Shown here: piece by piece, positions 9,856 through 17,808 of the stretch
Layout: every line of letters begins with the position of its first letter
How positions within the stretch are numbered: the first letter of the stretch is position 1
DNA from: Candidatus Dojkabacteria bacterium
GTDB taxonomy: Bacteria > Patescibacteriota > Dojkabacteria > SC72
Length of the DNA stretch: 64,000 nucleotides
Direction of reading: 5' to 3'
Assembly: GCA_040767225.1 (NCBI GenBank)
Contig: JAXGOY010000002.1
Span: forward strand, 17,410 to 81,409
The notes under the pieces: model-generated
The model's input: only the letters and a program-made list of their open reading frames with translations
The model's database searches: none
Told to the model about the DNA's origin: nothing
Program-made: the position numbers and the translations under genes

Positions 9856-10305
9856 TTACACCATATATTTTCTTTTTTCAAGTAGCAACTCCCTCTCCAT
9901 ATCCCTTTTCTTCTCTTCTTGCCTCTTCTCATGTACTTTCTTTCCTTTTGCTAACCCTACTTCAACCTTAAATATATTTCCTTTTAAATATATCCTTAAA
10001 GGAACTAAAGTAAGATTCCCCTGTTTCATTTTACTCTGTAAGTATATCAATTCCTTCTTTTTTATCAATAACTTCCTAGACCTTGTAGAATCATAATCTG
10101 AAGAACCATCATATTTGTATTGTGCTATATCAGCATTAATAAGCCAAAGCTGTCCATTTAAAATCTTTACATACGAATCCTTTAAATTACACCTTCCACC
10201 TCTTAAAGATTTAACCTCTGCACCTGTTAATACGACTCCTGCTTCAAATCTCTCTAATATCTGATAATTATGAAGTGCTTTTTTATTTACAATATTCATC
10301 TTCAA
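9856..10305 (-). CDS. smpB: SsrA-binding protein SmpB
   Basis: 149 aa. NKKALHNYQILERFEAGVVLTGAEVKSLR matches the conserved SmpB N-terminal core. Basic C-terminal tail. Confidence 0.9.
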   Translation of the reverse strand: MKMNIVNKKALHNYQILERFEAGVVLTGAEVKSLRGGRCNLKDSYVKILNGQLWLINADIAQYKYDGSSDYDSTRSRKLLIKKKELIYLQSKMKQGNLTLVPLRIYLKGNIFKVEVGLAKGKKVHEKRQEEKKRDMERELLLEKRKYMV

Positions 10306-10313
10306 TTATACCA

Positions 10314-12611
10314 TTACAGCTTCACTTTCCATATTGTTGTATCATCAAGAATGTACGCGTTGTTCTCATCGAAATCAGCAACAATATCTACTACTTTATT
10401 CCATGCCTTTTCATTATCATATACATACTGCCTGAGCAGCAGCATCTCATTAGGATGTCTTTTCTCCCCTGATTCCATAGGCTTTTCAAACATTAAAAGC
10501 CTCTTTTGACCACTATCAAAGAGAAACAAACTTTGATCAAGACTATCTCTTGTATGCCCACAAAGTGCATTTTTAATTGGAGAGTCCAACCCTGTTAACT
10601 TAACAGGTGATTCAACCATTCTTCCTCCACTATTTACATATCTATAAAATCCATTTTCCCCTTCTGCAGTAATATATATACTCATATCATCGGCAAATAC
10701 ATCATTTGCTTTTACATATTCTTCTTTCTCTAAATATGGAGAAACTAATGAATATCCCCCTTCATAGTTAATTGAACGAAGAAGAGCTTTCTGCCCCCTA
10801 TCTAAAATATATGCATTCTCATTTAGTGTTAACATTGCAAATTCAACTATATCCTCCCCTTTTATACTCTCAATACTTAATCCGCTTAGTTTAACAAACG
10901 GCTGGAATGACCCATCCTTATACTCCGACTTAAGAACTCCATTAGTTAAATCAAGAACAAATATGCTATCTGGTCTTGCATAAACCTTAAATGGTTTACT
11001 AACAACTTTATTATCATCGGGAATACTCTCTCTCTTATCATCATACAAAGATATTCTCAGTACAGACTTTGTTCCTAAATCCGCAATAATGAGAGATTCT
11101 ACAGCTCCACCTGGATTTCTAAATATTGCAATATCTTGAGGATTAGAATCAGGATTAGGAGTGGAAGTGTTATAGAATTTTTTAATAGTATCATCAGATT
11201 CAGATAACCTGACCCTTTTGTACAAAGAATCTTGAACACCCAAAACCTGTGCCTGTAACTCATTTAATTTTTTACTTTCATCCTCTTCCAACTCTACAGG
11301 AACATTCTTTAACTCTTCTGAAGCTTGAAATATAGAGACTTCTGCACTTTCCCTATTTGTACCAAGCTTTGACTGAGCATCATTTAAAAGTTTTTCAACT
11401 TTGGTAAATGCATCATTTGCTATTTTACTTCTCTCCCTTGCTTCTTTTTGATCTACAGTAAACTTTATACCACCAACTATCAAACAAACCCCAAGGAGTA
11501 TTAGAAGTAACTGCTTAACCCTTTTAGATCTTAGATTCTTTTCCTTGTATCCATCTATTTTAAATTCCTTAAACTCTGATGTTCTTTTTTTATGTAAACT
11601 ACTCTGAGAAACCTTGGCAGATATCTTTTTAAACCACCTTTCCTTTCCCAACTTGTTTGATATCTTACTCTTTGCACTTAAGCCAATATTCTTAACACCA
11701 TTAGCGACCTTCCTAGAAGTATCCTTTATAACCTGAAAAGATGCAGAAGATGCCTTAATTACTGCATTCTTTGCAGGTTCAAGTTTTTTTGATACTTTTG
11801 AAAAGACCTCTTTTAAGTCTTGCTCATGTACCGTAGGTTTAAATACCTTTTTGCTTGCCCTAGAAGTTGGTATATAGTCGGTGTCCAAGGGTTCTTGTTT
11901 TAAATTGGGTTGTAATCTTCTCTTTGGTTTAATAACTTTTTCTTTCTGTGCACTCTCTTCCTTCTTAGATTTTTCTTCAACTCTTTCTTTTGAAAAAATA
12001 ACAATACCCATATCCTCTCCTATTTCTCTTCCCAAATCTTCTAATACAGATTTAATCTCATTCCTACTTTTAGAAGAAATAAGCTTAAGGAGGTTGTCTT
12101 TCAAATACCCTTGAGATGATGCAAATACCAAGTCCTCTTTATCCATAGCAACAGCTGCTGTTTTTGCACCTTTGCTCTTAAGCATTTCTGATATATCTAC
12201 CAGTTTCCCCTGTTTGTATATATAGATATCACTATCTCCAAAGACACCAATATACATACCTTCATCAGTAGACACAAAAACAGTAAAATTAACATTAACT
12301 CCATGTTCCCCTATATTTTTATCATTCATAATCAGCTGCTTTACCCTATTTGCAGCTTCACTAAGTCCTGATTTAAGAGATTCGTTTATAGACACAGTTT
12401 TAGAATATTCAAAACCGTCTACTAGCCCATCCCATGCAAATTTTAATATCTGATCCCCTGGTATATCTATATCACTAGATGCAGAAAAAAAACCATATAC
12501 ATCAAAAACAGAACCATTCCCTCCACGAGGCAAGCTTTTATAATTAAACATTGATATGTATGACTTCTTTGATTCTGAATTTTTTATATATTTTGATGCA
12601 CTAATAGGCAT
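10314..12611 (-). CDS. Bitopic membrane protein: N-terminal PP2C/SpoIIE-like phosphatase-like domain, central TM, large C-terminal extracytoplasmic domain
   Basis: 765 aa. PP2C-like segment MYIGVFGDSDIYIYKQGKLVDIS. Basic/coiled region, then TM LLLILLGVCLIVGGIKF, then about 380 aa of repeat-rich beta-type sequence. Confidence 0.45.
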   Translation of the reverse strand: MPISASKYIKNSESKKSYISMFNYKSLPRGGNGSVFDVYGFFSASSDIDIPGDQILKFAWDGLVDGFEYSKTVSINESLKSGLSEAANRVKQLIMNDKNIGEHGVNVNFTVFVSTDEGMYIGVFGDSDIYIYKQGKLVDISEMLKSKGAKTAAVAMDKEDLVFASSQGYLKDNLLKLISSKSRNEIKSVLEDLGREIGEDMGIVIFSKERVEEKSKKEESAQKEKVIKPKRRLQPNLKQEPLDTDYIPTSRASKKVFKPTVHEQDLKEVFSKVSKKLEPAKNAVIKASSASFQVIKDTSRKVANGVKNIGLSAKSKISNKLGKERWFKKISAKVSQSSLHKKRTSEFKEFKIDGYKEKNLRSKRVKQLLLILLGVCLIVGGIKFTVDQKEARERSKIANDAFTKVEKLLNDAQSKLGTNRESAEVSIFQASEELKNVPVELEEDESKKLNELQAQVLGVQDSLYKRVRLSESDDTIKKFYNTSTPNPDSNPQDIAIFRNPGGAVESLIIADLGTKSVLRISLYDDKRESIPDDNKVVSKPFKVYARPDSIFVLDLTNGVLKSEYKDGSFQPFVKLSGLSIESIKGEDIVEFAMLTLNENAYILDRGQKALLRSINYEGGYSLVSPYLEKEEYVKANDVFADDMSIYITAEGENGFYRYVNSGGRMVESPVKLTGLDSPIKNALCGHTRDSLDQSLFLFDSGQKRLLMFEKPMESGEKRHPNEMLLLRQYVYDNEKAWNKVVDIVADFDENNAYILDDTTIWKVKL

Positions 12612-12614
12612 ATA

Positions 12615-12875
12615 TTATCCTAACACAATTATTATTATCCCCAATACCCCTATCACAAGAGAAACAACAAGATTGGCATATACAAGTACTTTTGCTTTAT
12701 CACTTTCTTCTAAATCAATAGTATCATGCAATATTCTAATTTTAAGAATAAGCATAAAAGAATAAAACATGCATACTGCAAGTATAATAATCAGTGGGAT
12801 TTTCAGAAGTATAACAAGACTTCCCATTTGTCCAAAATCAAATCCCAATACTTTGTCTAGAATAGTATTTCCCAT
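12615..12875 (-). CDS. Small two-TM membrane protein
   Basis: 86-aa hydrophobic ORF. Start overlaps the stop of the upstream gene, giving an operon-like arrangement. Confidence 0.3.
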   Translation of the reverse strand: MGNTILDKVLGFDFGQMGSLVILLKIPLIIILAVCMFYSFMLILKIRILHDTIDLEESDKAKVLVYANLVVSLVIGVLGIIIIVLG

Positions 12876-13513
12876 TATATTTTTCCTTTCTTTTTCATTT
12901 CAACTAAATCATTAATAATATCCTGCAGTTCTCTTGGTTTAGGTACCATTTTTAACCTAAAATCTATCTCATGTCCTGCAGTATCAACATCTAAATTTCC
13001 AATATCAAAAATATTCCCCCAAAAACCTGCAGTAGTATGTGTTACATCTTCAATATTTTTTAATTGAGCTTCAGAGTAAGAATGATAAAAAGCACTTTGA
13101 AGTTTAACAACAACAAATCTTCTGTCTGTGATAACAATAACTGAGTAAAACCATTTCAGAATAGCAGTAACAAGAACATTCAAGGCAATTAACACTCCTA
13201 GAACAAATAAACCTGTATAGAGTGCAGGAGATATTGAAGAACTAAATACAGAGGATATTATTGAAAGAAGTATAGGTAATAGTAGGAATAATAATACAAG
13301 AAGTAAATCAGGAAGATATGCAAGCCAATGCAGCCTTGTAAGAAGTATAACCTCTTTCTTTAGGTCCTTACCATAAAAATTTAATTTCTTAGGGAATACT
13401 TTAAACTCAGTACGAGTACCTTTTTTTTCTTCTTTAACTAATCTATCAATGAAAGAACTATCAACATTTTGGAACTTTTTAGGAATATTGCTCTTTCCCT
13501 TTTTCATATACAC
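12875..13513 (-). CDS. Membrane protein with bacterial PH-like (YdbS/YdbT-like) C-terminal region
   Basis: 212 aa. Two central TM helices. C-terminal segment resembles bPH_2-type domains. Weak. Confidence 0.35.
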   Translation of the reverse strand: MYMKKGKSNIPKKFQNVDSSFIDRLVKEEKKGTRTEFKVFPKKLNFYGKDLKKEVILLTRLHWLAYLPDLLLVLLFLLLPILLSIISSVFSSSISPALYTGLFVLGVLIALNVLVTAILKWFYSVIVITDRRFVVVKLQSAFYHSYSEAQLKNIEDVTHTTAGFWGNIFDIGNLDVDTAGHEIDFRLKMVPKPRELQDIINDLVEMKKKGKI

Positions 13514-13680
13514 AAGGATATCATAAAAGTATATGAATTAGTAGTACTTTTATTTCATATGTATATTAATGTGAACAAATCCTGACTGTGGAATTCTAAG
13601 CCTCCCTGGTGCACGAAGATTAAAAACTGTTTTAAACTCATTTCCTGGAATAATAAATATACCTGCATTTGTGTAAAAAG

Positions 13681-15390
13681 TTACTGTATTTGTAGTACCA
13701 TTGCTGCTTGAAACTGCAACTGATGACATATAGAGGTAACAGGCTTAGCTGCTTTTGCCCTTGCTTCTGCATGGGTATACTGCCCAATGTTAGAATGACA
13801 GCCATCAACAACGGGATATATCCTTGAATCACCGTTCTTTCCTGCAGCTTTCCAAATCTGATATATATTTATGATATCCGCCATCTCTGCTTGTGTCATC
13901 CATGGTTTTCTACCACACTCTGTAGCACTATCAGAATACCAGTTACTTGTTTGACTCCCATACCATATCTTGTAAAACCAAGATACTCCTGAGATGCTAT
14001 CCCATGCCCTACTCATCCAATCCCCATTTCCAGTCTTATCTGTTGTATCCCAACCAGAAGTATTACTCCACCCTCCATGAACAGCAGCATACTGAGTTGA
14101 AAATGGTTTCCCTGAAGAATCAGTTAATACCATACCTCTTGTAGCTTCAACAGCCTGCTTCCATGCACCTGTCTTTTTCCCTTTTCCTACTACTTGACAA
14201 CTTTCAGATGTACAAATAGATTTTGCACCATTACTAGTATAGTTAACTGCATATGTTCTTGCAGCTATTGCTTGAGCTTTCAATACCTCCATAGGCCAGG
14301 ACTCTGGTACTTCATTTAATCTTAAAAGATAATCATCTTCAAAGTTCAATGTCCCATATGTAGTAGTTGAAATATTTGTCATAATGTTTTGCGTCTGACC
14401 ATTTATAACTACAGTACCTGTTCTTAAAACCTTTCCAGGATAATATGCCGAAAGTATCTGCTGATAGTTTTGCCCTGCATTAGCCCTAGCTTTAGCCCCC
14501 CATTGACTCATACCATTTCTATGTGTATATGCACCAATTGAAAACACACCAAAAGAACCTGCAGGAGCACTCTCCTTAAACCCTTGTAACGTTGTAATTC
14601 TCTCACCAGAAGCAGGAACAGCATTAGGATCTACATATGTCCCCCCTTGTCTTGTAACAAGCAATTGATACTGAAGGTCAGACAGCTCTGTTGTAAGACC
14701 ATTTATTGTCCTAGTTACCTTCCCTTTCTCTGCAATCTGTTTATTTAACTCTGCTTGTACCCTACTCTTTTCTTGTTTTATAAGGGCATATGAATCATCT
14801 AAATCCTTCTTTTGTTCATCTAACTCCTCTTTTTCTTTTTCCAAACTAGCCTTAATATCAACAAGACTTTGGAACTCCCCTGTAATCTTCTCTATTTCTT
14901 CTTTTAATGTAGTTATAGTACTCTTTTTCACAAACAAACTTCTTAAAACCTGATCTAAACTTGAAAAAGAAAACAGAAATTGTCCCTCGTTATACCTACT
15001 TCTCATATATAAATCACTTGAAACTATATCTAAACTCTCTTTCTTCTTACTTAATAATCTTTGTTTTTCATCAATACTTTTTAATTTCTCCTCTATCTCT
15101 CTATCCTTTTTAGATATTTCTGCCTGTAATTTTGATATCTCTGCATCAAGCAGGTTAATCTGTTCAGACAATGTATAATTACTGCTACTTATCTCTTTTA
15201 TTCTCTTCTCTATCTCAGATAAATATGTTTTCTGTTTATTTAATTCCTCTTCTTTTTGGTTAATAACCTGTTCAAGTTCTTGTGCTGTTTGAGAATATAT
15301 TGGAGTACTAACAAGAAAGAATAAAATAGATGTAAGGAATACAGCAATCAATAAAATGATATATTTTGGAGCAGTTTTGTTCTGAGACAT
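13681..15390 (-). CDS. Coiled-coil protein with C-terminal SpoIID/LytB-like (lytic transglycosylase-type) domain
   Basis: 569 aa. N-terminal signal/TM, about 230 aa of heptad-rich coiled coil. C-terminal region containing EVLKAQAIAARTYAV and Trp/Gly-rich segments typical of the SpoIID/LytB family. Confidence 0.55.
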   Translation of the reverse strand: MSQNKTAPKYIILLIAVFLTSILFFLVSTPIYSQTAQELEQVINQKEEELNKQKTYLSEIEKRIKEISSSNYTLSEQINLLDAEISKLQAEISKKDREIEEKLKSIDEKQRLLSKKKESLDIVSSDLYMRSRYNEGQFLFSFSSLDQVLRSLFVKKSTITTLKEEIEKITGEFQSLVDIKASLEKEKEELDEQKKDLDDSYALIKQEKSRVQAELNKQIAEKGKVTRTINGLTTELSDLQYQLLVTRQGGTYVDPNAVPASGERITTLQGFKESAPAGSFGVFSIGAYTHRNGMSQWGAKARANAGQNYQQILSAYYPGKVLRTGTVVINGQTQNIMTNISTTTYGTLNFEDDYLLRLNEVPESWPMEVLKAQAIAARTYAVNYTSNGAKSICTSESCQVVGKGKKTGAWKQAVEATRGMVLTDSSGKPFSTQYAAVHGGWSNTSGWDTTDKTGNGDWMSRAWDSISGVSWFYKIWYGSQTSNWYSDSATECGRKPWMTQAEMADIINIYQIWKAAGKNGDSRIYPVVDGCHSNIGQYTHAEARAKAAKPVTSICHQLQFQAAMVLQIQ

Positions 15391-15419
15391 TAACTTATTA
15401 TACCATCTTAGGCAGTCTT

Positions 15420-15761
15420 TTAAAGTGTAACCTCTCCTTTAGTAATGGTATCTACTACAATTGAAAGAAGCATCTTAATTAAATACAAAAATGCTAAACC
15501 AGCAATAGACCATGTAAGTGTACCTTGTGCTCTCTTCTTTTTGTCAGGTTCTCCACCAGAAGTCATCCAAAGGTATCCCCCATATATTGTCATACCAACA
15601 GCAGCAAGTACACCAATAGGAAAGATAAAAGAAATAATTTTGCTCAACGAATCAAGTAGTACCTCTAATCTAGGGGGTTCTCCTGGAGCAACTAGCCCAT
15701 CTTCCTGAGCAAAAACTGGGCTACTAAACAAAACACTTAGCATTTTCACAACAAGGTTCAT
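15420..15761 (-). CDS. VirB2/TrbC-like (T4SS-pilin-like) small two-TM protein, paralog 1
   Basis: Signal peptide. TM1 PIGVLAAVGMTIYGGYLWMTSGGEPDKKKRAQGTLT, then TM2. Shares the GGY.YMT(A/S)GG(D/E) loop and two-TM layout with the five following genes. Confidence 0.5.
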   Translation of the reverse strand: MNLVVKMLSVLFSSPVFAQEDGLVAPGEPPRLEVLLDSLSKIISFIFPIGVLAAVGMTIYGGYLWMTSGGEPDKKKRAQGTLTWSIAGLAFLYLIKMLLSIVVDTITKGEVTL

Positions 15762-15800
15762 ACTGCTGTTTACTTAATATATGAATAAATTCTTAAAGAG

Positions 15801-16187
15801 TTAAGCTAAGAAAGTCATTAGCAAACTTTCTGCTGGTTGAACCCCTAAGAAATTCTTTAATACAAAGTTTACAAGTATAACAGCAATGAAACAAATTGCT
15901 AAACCAATCATAGCATTTGTTAGTGTTTTTGTAGCTTTCCCAACCTTCTGCTCATCACCACCTGCTGTCATATATGAATATCCTCCAACAATCAACATTA
16001 CAACACATATAACTGCAGCTGCACCAATCATCCAATTTAGAACATCAACAATTAAATCCTCACCAGTTTTGCTTGAACCTTGATTAAGCTTTGGAGAGAT
16101 GTCGTCCCAAAAAGATGCAAATGTTGCAATAGGAAAAGATAACAAAGTAACTCCTGATGCTAATACTTTTGACAACTTATTTTTCAT
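15801..16187 (-). CDS. VirB2/TrbC-like pilin paralog 2
   Basis: Conserved core LNWMIGAAAVICVVMLIVGGYSYMTAGGDEQKVGKATKTLTNAMIGLAICFIAVILVNFVLKNF. Confidence 0.5.
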   Translation of the reverse strand: MKNKLSKVLASGVTLLSFPIATFASFWDDISPKLNQGSSKTGEDLIVDVLNWMIGAAAVICVVMLIVGGYSYMTAGGDEQKVGKATKTLTNAMIGLAICFIAVILVNFVLKNFLGVQPAESLLMTFLA

Positions 16188-16255
16188 ATATTAAGTATTA
16201 ATAAATAAATTAATTAAATTATTATAATATATCTTCTTAAAAAGAACAATTATCT

Positions 16256-16627
16256 TTATTTTGTATTAGTAACTAAAAAATTCTTTAATACAAAGTTTAC
16301 CAACATTACAGCTACAAAACAAATAACTAAACCAATAATAGCATTAGTCAATGTCTTTGTTGCTTTCTGTGTTTTCTCTTCATTACCACCTGAAGTCATG
16401 TATGTAAATCCTGCAACAATTAACATAACTACACATACAACAGCAGAACCACCAATTAACCAGTTTAATACCTTAACAATTAAATCCTCAAGTGTTCCAG
16501 GAGTAGAAAGCAAACTATCAAAGATTTCATCTACCCACCCCATAGGACTTTCAGCTAAAGCTAACATAGGCATAAAAAATAATGGAATTTCTGCTAAAGC
16601 AATTTTAACTGTTTTTACAATCTTCAT
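16256..16627 (-). CDS. VirB2/TrbC-like pilin paralog 3
   Basis: Core LNWLIGGSAVVCVVMLIVAGFTYMTSGGNEEKTQKATKTLTNAIIGLVICFVAVMLVNFVLKNF. Confidence 0.5.
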   Translation of the reverse strand: MKIVKTVKIALAEIPLFFMPMLALAESPMGWVDEIFDSLLSTPGTLEDLIVKVLNWLIGGSAVVCVVMLIVAGFTYMTSGGNEEKTQKATKTLTNAIIGLVICFVAVMLVNFVLKNFLVTNTK

Positions 16628-16633
16628 CGCAAA

Positions 16634-17008
16634 TTACACTATTAATTTAGATTCTTCTTTAAATAAATACATTATTACAGGAGTTGGTCCCCCTCCACCA
16701 CCAGGAGGTGGAGAAGACTCTGGTTTCAAAAAATTATCAAGAACAAAATTAACTAACACTACTGCAATAAAACAAATAACTAAACCAATAATTGCATTCG
16801 TCAATGTCTTTGATGCATCTTTTACTTTACTTTCATCCCCACCTGCAGTCATATATGAATACCCTCCAACAATAATCATTACAACGCATACTACTCCTGC
16901 AGCACCAATAATCCAATTTAAAATAGTAACAATAAAATCACTTAAATCCCCCCCTGTCCCTTCAAACCCATCTAAAATTTCCTTAACACTTAACTGTGCG
17001 AAAGCCAA
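16634..17008 (-). CDS. VirB2/TrbC-like pilin paralog 4. N-terminus uncertain: an in-frame signal-peptide-like sequence lies upstream with no ATG. Has a unique Pro/Gly-rich C-terminal tail.
   Basis: Core ILNWIIGAAGVVCVVMIIVGGYSYMTAGGDESKVKDASKTLTNAIIGLVICFIAVVLVNFVLDNF. Upstream in frame (to about 17060) reads ...KITTIGVLLFSSVSLAFAQLSV, which looks like a signal peptide. Confidence 0.45.
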   Translation of the reverse strand: MAFAQLSVKEILDGFEGTGGDLSDFIVTILNWIIGAAGVVCVVMIIVGGYSYMTAGGDESKVKDASKTLTNAIIGLVICFIAVVLVNFVLDNFLKPESSPPPGGGGGPTPVIMYLFKEESKLIV

Positions 17009-17124
17009 CGAAACAGAACTAAAAAGTAAAACTCCAATCGTAGTTATTTTTGATAAACTTTTTTCACTTTTAAATATTTTTAATTTATAAAAGAAATGTA
17101 TCTAATACAAATTTTATCAACATC

Positions 17125-17431
17125 CTAGCCAAAAATACAATACATAGTCCAATAATTAGCTGTTAAAATGTTGCCTACCTTTTTCACATTATCAGGATCA
17201 CCACCAGCAGTCATATATGTAATCCCTGCATAGATTATTAAGTCAACAGCAACAACCGCAGATGCTCCAACAAGGAAATTTAGCAAGTCGATAAATAAAA
17301 TCAACAATACCCTCAACAGAAGAAAACCTCTCATTAAAAGAAGGAAAATTTATCTCCCATCCCCCTAATACAATAGGAAGGAATATCCATTTTCCTTTAT
17401 CTTCTTTGTTTTTTAAATCTTTCTTTCTCAT
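17125..17431 (-). pseudogene. Frameshifted VirB2/TrbC-like pilin paralog 5
   Basis: Two overlapping minus-strand ORFs in different frames, 17243-17431 and 17125-17334. The second carries the family core ASAVVAVDLIIYAGITYMTAGGDPDNVKKVGNILTA, so a single gene is split by a frameshift. Confidence 0.5.
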
Positions 17432-17442
17432 ATTATTATTTA

Positions 17443-17772
17443 TTATTCAGGTAAAAATAGATTCCCTATTAATAACAAAAGAGCCGCAGAAACTAAAATA
17501 AATACTAAACCAGTAATAGCATTCCCTATCTGCTCTCTTGCATCCTTAAGTTTATCAGGATTCCCCTGACTTGTTATCATTTTGTATGCAGCAAAAGCCA
17601 TAAGAAGTGCAGCTGCAAGAACACTAAGAGGTAGTGCGATATCGATTATATCCTGCATTATAGATTCTACATTTGTCTCCCCCGGATTACTCTTTTCAAT
17701 TCCACTAATAAGTTCTCCCACTTTCTCAGTAATCTGACTAGCATATATTTTAAAATTCTGTCTCATAAACAT
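17443..17772 (-). CDS. VirB2/TrbC-like pilin paralog 6 (most divergent)
   Basis: Core LPLSVLAAALLMAFAAYKMITSQGNPDKLKDAREQIGNAITGLVFILVSAALLLLIGNLF. Same two-TM plus loop architecture. Confidence 0.45.
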   Translation of the reverse strand: MFMRQNFKIYASQITEKVGELISGIEKSNPGETNVESIMQDIIDIALPLSVLAAALLMAFAAYKMITSQGNPDKLKDAREQIGNAITGLVFILVSAALLLLIGNLFLPE

Positions 17773-17808
17773 GCAATTATACTAAAAAATCTACAAATTA
17801 AAAACAAT

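Noticed and set aside
16398-17090. 230-aa plus-strand ORF antisense to pilin paralogs 3 and 4
   Set aside because: It is the mirror image of two conserved minus-strand genes. Its repetitive translation reflects reading the paralogs backwards. No start context or independent motif.
5571-17772. Integrative conjugative element hypothesis: tyrosine recombinase, tRNA, VirD4-like ATPase and pilin array
   Set aside because: The housekeeping gene smpB sits in the middle of the block. No relaxase, VirB4 or VirB6 was recognised. Base composition and codon usage are uniform with the rest of the window. No flanking direct repeats were found around the tRNA-Ile. More consistent with a chromosomal core locus typical of CPR-like genomes.
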